A stretch of 64,000 nt of DNA from Candidatus Micrarchaeota archaeon. Lineage in GTDB: Archaea > Micrarchaeota > Micrarchaeia > Micrarchaeales > CABMGC01. The stretch spans positions 4,633-68,632 of the forward strand of contig JAGWGX010000002.1 in the NCBI GenBank assembly GCA_028867145.1, in the 5' to 3' direction. The notes below the pieces were generated by a model that saw only the letters and a list, made by a program, of their open reading frames with translations, had not been told where the DNA came from and made no database searches. Both the position numbers and the translations under genes were made by a program. Position 1 is the first letter of the stretch. The number at the start of each line of letters is the position of its first letter. Shown here in pieces: positions 57,727 through 64,000 of this stretch.

Positions 57727-58260
57727 CTAACGGTACGACTTCTGGAACCTTGCCCTTGCCTTTGTTCCAAGGAACTTCTTTGGCTCGACCTGCCTTACGT
57801 CGTCGACCAGAAGGGTCCTGTCGTACTTTAAGTATGCGCTCTTTACAATCTCTGAATTCGCAGCCGCTGTTATCGCCTTTGCGATCGCAGTCCTGCTTGC
57901 CTGAGTCTGTCCCGAGAGTCCTCCTCCCTGAACATTCACCTTGATGTCTGAGCTGTTTACAATATCCCTTGTTGCAGATGAGAAGTTGATTGGCTCAAGC
58001 ATGAGCTCTCGAACTTCCTTTGGCTTGAATAGGTTGATGTTTACGTTGTTGATCGTTACCCTTCCGCTTCCCTTTGTGAGCCTCGCCCTTGCGATTGCCA
58101 TCTTTCTCCTTGCCTTGACAAGGATGATCTTCTGCTTTGGCGCGGTCCTCTTTCTCTGCTTTGCGACCACAGGCGCCTTCTTGTCCTCCTTCACCTGAAT
58201 GATTGCTGTTAGTTCCTTGTTTAAGTTTTCTAGTGCGTTTGCTTCTGCCATAAATATCAC
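57727..58260 (-). CDS. rps9: 30S ribosomal protein S9 (uS9) with N-terminal extension
   Basis: ARRKMAIARARLTKGSGRVTINN...ARARFQKSYR. About 45 extra N-terminal residues if ATG 58260 is used. Confidence 0.9.
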   Translation of the reverse strand: MIFMAEANALENLNKELTAIIQVKEDKKAPVVAKQRKRTAPKQKIILVKARRKMAIARARLTKGSGRVTINNVNINLFKPKEVRELMLEPINFSSATRDIVNSSDIKVNVQGGGLSGQTQASRTAIAKAITAAANSEIVKSAYLKYDRTLLVDDVRQVEPKKFLGTKARARFQKSYR

Positions 58261-58736
58261 TCCTTGTTGTATCCTAGCTTTGAGACCAAATCCTTTATCT
58301 TCATCGTGCTCTCAAATATCTGCTTTGCAGGCTTTGTCTGAACGTCAACTGGCTTGAGTTTCTTGAACTCCTCCGGGAAGCCGATGTAGACCTTAAGCAG
58401 CTTGAATGCGGCCTTGCCCTTTGGCTTCTTGAACGGAAGCATTCCCCTAATCACTCTCTTCACAAAAAGGTCCGCCCTTCTTGAGACGTATGGCGAGTGC
58501 TCTGGGTTTGCCTTGTCCTGCCACTCTAGTTTCTCCTTGTAATTGGAAATTATGTCCCTCTTGTGACCGCTGATGAATGCGTTCTCCGCGTTGACGACTG
58601 CGACCTCATGCCCGTTTAGGATCATCTTTGCAACCTGCGTTGCCATCCTTCCAAGCACCTTGTCGGTCGCGTCAACTAGCATTATTTCCTTTCCTGTTTC
58701 TATTTTCTCCGTTGCTGTTGCCATATTAATCATCAA
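58257..58736 (-). CDS. rpl13: 50S ribosomal protein L13 (uL13)
   Basis: VDATDKVLGRMATQVAKMILNGHEVAVVNAE. Confidence 0.94.
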   Translation of the reverse strand: MMINMATATEKIETGKEIMLVDATDKVLGRMATQVAKMILNGHEVAVVNAENAFISGHKRDIISNYKEKLEWQDKANPEHSPYVSRRADLFVKRVIRGMLPFKKPKGKAAFKLLKVYIGFPEEFKKLKPVDVQTKPAKQIFESTMKIKDLVSKLGYNKE

Positions 58737-59083
58737 ACAATTATCCTTGGGTTCTCCGTCTTTAGCATCTTGTCAACGTGGACTATCTCGACGCCGTGCT
58801 CCTTGAGCTTCTCCTGCGCGCTTTCCGAGTACTCAACCGCCGCAATCTTGAACTTGTGGCTGACATTTCCAAAGCTTAGAACCTTTCCTGGAACTACTAC
58901 GAACTCGCCCTCCTTTGCCATCTTGTCTAGCTTGCTTAAATTGACGATTGCCCTCTGCCTTCTTGGCATTGAGACCCACTTGTTGATCTTCTTCCAGAAA
59001 TCCGCGTTCTTTGCGTCGGACTTTACAGTGGCTATTGCCTCCCTCCAGGCGTTAATTGAATCCTTCTCGATTATTCTTCTCAT
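58733..59083 (-). CDS. rpl18e: 50S ribosomal protein L18e (eL18)
   Basis: PRRQRAIVNLSKLDKMAKEGEFVVVPGKVL. The ORF-track extension to 59134 overlaps tRNA-Leu, so ATG 59083 is preferred. Confidence 0.9.
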   Translation of the reverse strand: MRRIIEKDSINAWREAIATVKSDAKNADFWKKINKWVSMPRRQRAIVNLSKLDKMAKEGEFVVVPGKVLSFGNVSHKFKIAAVEYSESAQEKLKEHGVEIVHVDKMLKTENPRIIV

Positions 59084-59105
59084 TTGATTACCTTCTTTGA
59101 CTTTA

Positions 59106-59192
59106 TGCTGGGGTAGGGATTTGAACCCTAGCAAGCACTAAAGCTACTAACCCCTCAAGCTAGCGCATTTGACCAAGCTCTGCCACCCCAGC
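59106..59192 (-). tRNA. tRNA-Leu, anticodon GAG (long variable arm)
   Basis: Hand-folded reverse complement: GCTGGGG...anticodon stem CTAGC/GTTAG, loop TT-GAG-GG, variable arm TAGCTTTAGTGCTTGC, T arm TAGGG-TTCAAAT-CCCTA, CCCCAGC-A. 87 nt. Confidence 0.88.
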
Positions 59193-59203
59193 ACTGTGCA
59201 GCA

Positions 59204-59776
59204 TCACTTCTTGAGCTCCTTGTGAGTAGCCTTAAGTCCTTCATTTATTATGTCAAGTGACCTATTTAAGATTTCCTTCGCGCTCATCTGCCCGAAGCTC
59301 TCGATGTAAAACTCAAACTCGGAGTTGTCCTCGTTTGCTGTGAATGTGACGAGCCCTGGGGTGAACTTTGCGCTCTTCATTCCGTTTCCCATGACTGCCT
59401 TGCAGTCGACCTTGAGCCTCTGCTCTGGGCCTAGCTTCATGATCGGAATGTTCTCGTTTGCGACCTTCACCTTCTTGTCCGTCTCTACAAGGTCCTTTGA
59501 GTAGATCGTCTTTGGTCCCTCCGCCTCAAGGGTGAAGAGCACCTCGTCCTTCTCGTCGTACCCTTCAGGGGTTATGAGAGGAATCAGGCCGATCCTGTGT
59601 GAAATATACTCGTCAAACATTGAGGTTGTGTTCTCGTAGAATGTGACAACGTCAACCGCCATCGTTGGGACGGAGTTTGAGGCCGCCCTCCTAAGGGAGT
59701 TGACAAAGGTGCTGCTAACTCCGCTCACCTTGAACCTGATTGCCGACGGAGTATTCTCAATAAAATTAACCTTCAT
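59204..59776 (-). CDS. rpoD: RNA polymerase subunit D (Rpo3), short form
   Basis: FVNSLRRAASNSVPTMAVDVVTFYENTTSMFDEYISHRIGLIPL. ATG 59776, with TTG 59785 as an alternative. Confidence 0.9.
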   Translation of the reverse strand: MKVNFIENTPSAIRFKVSGVSSTFVNSLRRAASNSVPTMAVDVVTFYENTTSMFDEYISHRIGLIPLITPEGYDEKDEVLFTLEAEGPKTIYSKDLVETDKKVKVANENIPIMKLGPEQRLKVDCKAVMGNGMKSAKFTPGLVTFTANEDNSEFEFYIESFGQMSAKEILNRSLDIINEGLKATHKELKK

Positions 59777-59879
59777 AAAAACCAATCAAAAATTAGGCCT
59801 GAGCCTGAATCTTACACAAAGATTATGTCATAATATGTATTTAAATTTAACTATCGGAGCTATATCATAGGGTTTGGGC

Positions 59880-60494
59880 ATGAGAAAGATCATAACAACC
59901 ACGTTCATGACACTAGACGGCGTCGTCCAGGCTCCCGGCGGGCCGCAGGAGGACACCAGCGGCGGCTTTTCTTCCGGCGGATGGGTGGCCAACTACTGGG
60001 ACGAAAAAATGGGCGAGGTGATGACTGGATTCATGAGCATGCCGTTTGAGCTTTTGCTTGGGAGAAAAACGTATGATATCTTTGCTGCGTACTGGCCAAC
60101 TGCAACAACAGACGCGGTTGTCGCAAACCCTTTCAACACGACCAAAAAATACGTTGTTTCCCACCAGCGCTTTGAGCCAAAATGGAAGAACTCGTTTTGC
60201 GTAACGGGAGACGTGGTCTCCGAGATTAAAAAGTTGAAGGAGATGGACGGCCCCGATCTTTGGGTGCACGGAAGCTCCAACTTGATCCAGACGCTGCTCA
60301 AGAATCATTTAATTGACCGCATGCACATCTGGATATATCCGGTGACTGTCGGCTCTGGAAAAAGACTTTTTGGTGAAGGTGCAAGGCCAGGGGGATTCAG
60401 GCTTGTTGAATCAAGGGCTTACAGCACGGGGGTCATAATAGCAACCTATGAGCCAGCAGGGGAACTCAAGACGGGAATTGCAGGAGGACAATAA
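59880..60494 (+). CDS. dihydrofolate-reductase-family protein (RibD C-terminal domain type)
   Basis: MRKIITTTFMTLDGVVQAPGGPQED...LLLGRKTYDIFAAYWP...LWVHGSSNLIQTLL is typical of bacterial YyaP/YwjB-like proteins. Confidence 0.8.
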   Translation: MRKIITTTFMTLDGVVQAPGGPQEDTSGGFSSGGWVANYWDEKMGEVMTGFMSMPFELLLGRKTYDIFAAYWPTATTDAVVANPFNTTKKYVVSHQRFEPKWKNSFCVTGDVVSEIKKLKEMDGPDLWVHGSSNLIQTLLKNHLIDRMHIWIYPVTVGSGKRLFGEGARPGGFRLVESRAYSTGVIIATYEPAGELKTGIAGGQ

Positions 60495-60502
60495 CTAGAA
60501 AA

Positions 60503-60772
60503 TTAGTCCGCGTATCCAGTGTCATATGCCCAGGCCTTTGACTGGGCGGTAAGCTTTGGGTCGTTTGTGCGAAGCCTAAGGTAGAGGATGAAAAAATTTG
60601 CCCTGACATGGCCAAGCCCTACCTCCTCTTTTAGCCACCCAAGAAGCTGCGCGTGGGTGGCGACAATCTTGCCCCTTTTTACAAACCCCTTCTTGATTGC
60701 CATCTTGTAGAGCTCCTCCGCGGATTTTCCGGTGAGCTTCTCGACATTTTCCATGTAAGCCCTAAAGGTCAT
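60503..60772 (-). CDS. DUF4287-domain protein
   Basis: FRAYMENVEKLTGKSAEEL...LLGWLKEEVGLGHVRAN matches my memory of the DUF4287 pattern. Confidence 0.65.
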   Translation of the reverse strand: MTFRAYMENVEKLTGKSAEELYKMAIKKGFVKRGKIVATHAQLLGWLKEEVGLGHVRANFFILYLRLRTNDPKLTAQSKAWAYDTGYAD

Positions 60773-60840
60773 AGACGCACCTTTTCTACAAGGGAGAATG
60801 GCATCACAAGATTAATAAGATTCGGCTGCAAATTTGCTTT

Positions 60841-61368
60841 ATGGACCGCTACATCTCGCTTTTGCGAGGGGTGAACCTTGGCAGCCACAACAAGGTGAAC
60901 ATGTTAAGGCTCAAGGAAGTCTACGAGGACCTTGGCTTCAAGAGGGTGGAGACATTCATACAGAGTGGGAACGTGCTCTTTGAGTCGCCCGAGAAGAACC
61001 TCACAAAGCTGATCCTAAAAATCGAGGACAAGATAGCAAAGGAGTTCGGATTTGAGGTGCCCGTTTTCATAAGGACCAGAGTCGAGTTGCAAAAGCTGAT
61101 TAGAAACAACCCATTCGCAGGAAAGGACGCTGGAGCAACCTATGTCACGTTCCTCTCAAATAAGCTCAAGGAGGTCTCAATCGCCGAGATAGAAAAGGTA
61201 AGAGGGGAAAATGAGAGATACTACATCGATGACAGGGAAATTTATCTTTACTATCCTGACGGCTACGGGAGGACAAAGCTCTCAAACAACTTCTTTGAGA
61301 AAAAATTGAAAGTGGAGGCGACCACGAGGAACTGGAAGACGGTGAATGCGCTATTCAACATGGCATAG
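60841..61368 (+). CDS. DUF1697-domain protein
   Basis: YISLLRGVNLGSHNKVNMLRLKEVYEDLGFKRVETFIQSGNVLF is the DUF1697 N-terminal signature. Confidence 0.75.
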   Translation: MDRYISLLRGVNLGSHNKVNMLRLKEVYEDLGFKRVETFIQSGNVLFESPEKNLTKLILKIEDKIAKEFGFEVPVFIRTRVELQKLIRNNPFAGKDAGATYVTFLSNKLKEVSIAEIEKVRGENERYYIDDREIYLYYPDGYGRTKLSNNFFEKKLKVEATTRNWKTVNALFNMA

Positions 61369-61380
61369 CTGGGAATTTTT

Positions 61381-62355
61381 ATGAAAGTACTCGGAATAGA
61401 AAGCAGCGCGCACACCTTTGGGGTAGGGATAGTTGAAGACGGAAAGGTAATTGCAAACGAGAAGATGATGTTCAAGGTGACAAACAAGGGAATGATTCCG
61501 GGAAAGGTTGCGGAGACGCATGTGAAAAATGCAGCGAAGGTTGTTTCACTCGCGCTAAAAAGTGCAGGAGTGAGGATTGGAGAGATAGACGGAGTGGGAT
61601 ATACTCGCGGACCAGGACTTGGACCTTGTTTGCAAGTCGGGGAGATGACAGCAAAGACAATTGCAAACAAATTAGGTGTGAAGATTGCGCAGGTGAACCA
61701 CGGCGCAGCGCACGCGGAGATCTCAAGGGAGCTTGCGGGGATGAAAGACCCGCTAATACTCTACGTTAGCGGCGGAAACTCGCAGATACTCAAGCTCTCA
61801 AAAAGTCCGTTTAGCCACTATGCAATTCTTGGAGAGACATTCGACATCGGCGTTGGAAACATGATGGACACATTTGCAAGAGAAGTAGGATTGAATCCTG
61901 CGTGGGGTTCGACGGTTGCAAAGGTCGGAGAAAGTGGAAAGTACATCAAGCTCCCATACACAGTCAAGGGAATGGATTTTGCATTCACGGGTCTGCTCAC
62001 GAATTCAATCAAGAGAGCAAAGAGCGAAAAAATTGAGGATCTTTGCTACTCGATTCAGGAGACAGCATTTTCGATGCTCTGCGAGGCGACAGAGAGGGCG
62101 ATCTTTCTCACAAACAGCACGGAACTGTGCGTTTGCGGCGGCGTTGCGCAGAGCAAGAGGCTAAGGCAGATGCTAGGCGAGATCGCAAAGTCGCATGCGA
62201 TGAAATTTGGATATGCGGCGGACTCATTCAACGCGGATAACGGCGCAATGATTGCATTTGTAGCGGAGAGAATGCTTGGAAAGGGGCTTGGATCAAAGAT
62301 AGGGGAGTGCGGGATAGAGCAAAGGTACAGAATTGACAGGGCGGTTATTGTATGA
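61381..62355 (+). CDS. kae1: tRNA N6-adenosine threonylcarbamoyltransferase Kae1
   Basis: MKVLGIESSAHTFGVGIV...HGAAHAE...VSGGN ASKHA-fold motifs. Confidence 0.93.
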   Translation: MKVLGIESSAHTFGVGIVEDGKVIANEKMMFKVTNKGMIPGKVAETHVKNAAKVVSLALKSAGVRIGEIDGVGYTRGPGLGPCLQVGEMTAKTIANKLGVKIAQVNHGAAHAEISRELAGMKDPLILYVSGGNSQILKLSKSPFSHYAILGETFDIGVGNMMDTFAREVGLNPAWGSTVAKVGESGKYIKLPYTVKGMDFAFTGLLTNSIKRAKSEKIEDLCYSIQETAFSMLCEATERAIFLTNSTELCVCGGVAQSKRLRQMLGEIAKSHAMKFGYAADSFNADNGAMIAFVAERMLGKGLGSKIGECGIEQRYRIDRAVIV

Positions 62356-62939
62356 AACTACTTGGCGAGGGGGCGGAGGCAAAGATCTACTCACTGAATA
62401 TTTTCAACACGGATTTGATTGCAAAGGTGAGGATAAAAAAAGAGTACAGGATAGAACAAATAGACAGCGAGCTTAGGGAGAGCAGGACAAGAAAGGAGGC
62501 GAAGGTCCTTCACACTCTTGCAAAGTTTGGCGTGAATGCCCCAAGGCTAGTTGCCCTCGGAAAATACACACTATACACAAGCAAGCTGGAGGGAAAGCTG
62601 CTCAAAGACATAGAACTAGAGGCAAAGGAGTTTGTAAAGATGGGAGAGCAGCTTGCCTTGATGCACAATGCGAATATATCGCATGGCGACTTCACTCCCG
62701 CAAACATAATGAAGTGCGGCAAGGAGTACTTCATCATCGACTTCGGGCTCTCCGAGATCTCAAACAGCCAGGAGGAGAAGGCAATAGACCTCCTGCTGAT
62801 CAAGCGATCCATTGACTCCAAAAGATACGCAGGCCTTCTCAAGGGCTACGCTAAGAGTTCAAAAAACTCAAAGGAGATCCTTGAGAGGCTTGAGGAGATC
62901 GAGAAGCGAGGACGCTACCAGGTGCGAACACTTGGCTAG
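62352..62939 (+). CDS. bud32: Bud32/PRPK atypical kinase (KEOPS subunit)
   Basis: GEGAEAKIY, HGDFTPANIM, IIDFGLS. ATGA overlap with kae1 (not fused). Confidence 0.9.
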   Translation: MKLLGEGAEAKIYSLNIFNTDLIAKVRIKKEYRIEQIDSELRESRTRKEAKVLHTLAKFGVNAPRLVALGKYTLYTSKLEGKLLKDIELEAKEFVKMGEQLALMHNANISHGDFTPANIMKCGKEYFIIDFGLSEISNSQEEKAIDLLLIKRSIDSKRYAGLLKGYAKSSKNSKEILERLEEIEKRGRYQVRTLG

Positions 62940-62941
62940 CA

Positions 62942-63055
62942 TCAGAGCTCTCCGACTCTTCTCTTCTGCGCTCTCTTGATCCTTTTCCTTCTTTTCTTTA
63001 CCCATTTCCAGCGCATCCTGCCCTTCTTTTTCCATTTCCTAGGAATACTTCCCAA
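62942..63055 (-). CDS. rpl41e: 50S ribosomal protein L41e-like (eL41), 37 aa
   Basis: Not in the ORF track. Hand translation from TTG 63055 gives (M)[36 protein letters not shown]. The [13 protein letters not shown] core matches my memory of archaeal L41e. AGGTG lies 5 nt upstream. Confidence 0.6.
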   Translation of the reverse strand: MGSIPRKWKKKGRMRWKWVKKRRKRIKRAQKRRVGEL

Positions 63056-63175
63056 ATGTAACACCTATTAATTATTCATCTACTTCTTTATTCTAAATCT
63101 ATATAAACAGATGTTATTTGCTTGGGCAAATGAGCCCTCGCTTTATTTTTAAGCTTATACTTCCAAGATGCTTTT

Positions 63176-63784
63176 ATGGACTTCTTTGGGGCCATTGCAA
63201 AGGAAATTGCCGCAGACGGCTTTGCAACCAGGCGCATTGTAATGAGCGCGAAGGGATCAATCTGGGCGCTAAACAGGCCTCATACCTCGATCTCGATGGT
63301 CGCAGACAACGCGGCGGAGATACATCTTGGGGAGGCAGGCGCTTATCTATTTAAAAAATTGGATTTCAGATACGTGCTTGCAAAGGAGATGAGCTCGGAT
63401 TTAGTTGCTACATTTCACGACGTGAATTCTGCCAGCTCGCTTATACTTAGGCTCTCTGCCCCGCTGCAAAGCGCGGACCTTGCCAAAATCAGGCAGACCT
63501 TGGTAGGATGGAAAAATTCAAATATCGAGATGCGAATAATAGGAATGCAAAACGGCTCGCAGAACCTCTCAAAGATTTTTGACCAACTGCACAAGCTCTC
63601 CAAGGCAAGCCTTGTGGAGGTTGACATATTTGGAAACATGAAGAGGCATCTTGCATTCGACCTAAAGACTGGAGTTTGCTACGACCTGCTTTTGCTTGAT
63701 AGGACATATCGTGCTGGAGAGCTTGTGAATGACGTTCCTGTGGAAACTGCGAAGGTCGCAGACTCAAAGATCAAGTTTGTATAA
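63176..63784 (+). CDS. hypothetical protein
   Basis: 202-aa ORF with globular composition. No motif recognised. Confidence 0.45.
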   Translation: MDFFGAIAKEIAADGFATRRIVMSAKGSIWALNRPHTSISMVADNAAEIHLGEAGAYLFKKLDFRYVLAKEMSSDLVATFHDVNSASSLILRLSAPLQSADLAKIRQTLVGWKNSNIEMRIIGMQNGSQNLSKIFDQLHKLSKASLVEVDIFGNMKRHLAFDLKTGVCYDLLLLDRTYRAGELVNDVPVETAKVADSKIKFV

Positions 63785-64000
63785 ATCGCTGTAGACCGGC
63801 CCGTCTGGAGTTAGCTCGCTTGCCTTTAATTTTATTGAGCTTACCTCAAAGCTTCCAAAATTTGTTTCAGAGTGGCTTCTGATTTGAGCGACGATGCTTG
63901 CGGGATTTTTTGTGTTTCGAACCCTTGCAACCGTGACATGAGGCGTATACTTTTCATGCTCCATCTCAAAGCTCCTTGAGGCAAGAGAGTTAGCAAGCTG
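63764..64000 (-). CDS. RNA 2',3'-cyclic phosphodiesterase / 2'-5' RNA ligase family (ThpR/LigT), C-terminal part; 5' end outside window
   Basis: Second HxT motif (TPHVTVARV) and C-terminal beta-strands. The frame stays open to base 64000, so the ATG at 63964 is internal. Confidence 0.7.
   Translation of the reverse strand, partial: QLANSLASRSFEMEHEKYTPHVTVARVRNTKNPASIVAQIRSHSETNFGSFEVSSIKLKASELTPDGPVYSDLYKLDL

Noticed and set aside
59084-59134. N-terminal extension of the rpl18e ORF
   Set aside because: It overlaps the 3' part of tRNA-Leu (59106-59192). ATG 59083 gives a normal-length eL18.
59106-59192. tRNA-Leu embedded between rpoD and rpl18e, considered as an anomaly or insertion
   Set aside because: From memory, tRNA genes inside this archaeal operon have been described in other lineages (for example haloarchaea). 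It is co-oriented and fits precisely in the 120-nt gap, so I treat it as a normal co-transcribed tRNA.
59204-59776. Short RpoD (about 190 aa, single Cys), considered as loss of the Fe-S cluster domain
   Set aside because: Cluster-less, short Rpo3 variants are known in several archaeal groups, so this is not distinctive on its own.
63118-63354. 78-aa ORF overlapping the start of the 202-aa ORF 63176..63784 in another frame
   Set aside because: Cys/Arg/Gly-rich, improbable composition. The longer ORF in the other frame has globular composition.

Overview
Gene-dense archaeal chromosomal segment with about 90 protein genes, 3 tRNAs and one orphan 5S rRNA. I saw no CRISPR array, transposase, integrase or 16S/23S rRNA. 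Most of the window is information-processing genes. These include an E1beta-E2-E3 2-oxoacid dehydrogenase operon (1-4240) and the spc-like ribosomal cluster Rpp29-S17-L14-L24-S4e-L5-S14-S8-L6-L32e-L19e-L18-S5 (8885-14738). That cluster is cut off from its usual continuation L30-L15 (20034-20872) by a 5.3 kb block holding pyrH, 5S rRNA, GGPP synthase, an inverted Spt5-L11 pair, Trm5 and a Nudix hydrolase. Also present are L1-P0-P1 (24606-26434), RpoH-B''-B'-A'-A'' (36080-43270) and RpoD-tRNALeu-L18e-L13-S9-RpoN-S2 on the minus strand (56756-59776). Further housekeeping genes are SRP54, a DRG GTPase, CysRS, MetRS, MCM, Kae1/Bud32, a beta-CASP RNase, RNase P proteins Rpp29 and Rpp21, an Sm-like protein and ferredoxin. 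Split RpoB, an intron-containing tRNA, TATA-like promoters and archaea/eukaryote-specific r-proteins mark it as archaeal. Truncated superoperons, short proteins and heavy investment in surface structures suggest a small-genome DPANN-type (Micrarchaeota-like) lineage, but that is inference only. The most interesting region is a tightly overlapping 10-gene minus-strand operon (44407-50411). It encodes a secretion-type ATPase, two half-size TadB/TadC-like platform proteins and six or seven pilin-like proteins with QxSxE class III signal peptides, including a 423-aa sequon-rich candidate adhesin. It sits next to tRNA-Ala, a divergent wHTH regulator and a presenilin-type GxGD protease, and no prepilin peptidase is visible in the window. 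Other points worth a second look: a further pilin-like gene 3 nt downstream of rps2; a tRNA-Ile with anticodon UAU and a 13-nt intron; a large surface protein with an eqolisin/thermopsin-like N-terminal pattern; a coiled-coil ORF in frame with the upstream glycosyltransferase across a single TAA and lacking a canonical start; a recurrent stop-inside-Shine-Dalgarno gene junction (GTGAT); a bacterial-type three-gene insertion (59880-61368); and two or three very small basic ORFs missed by the ORF track (uS14, eL41-like, a 25-aa Lys-rich peptide).
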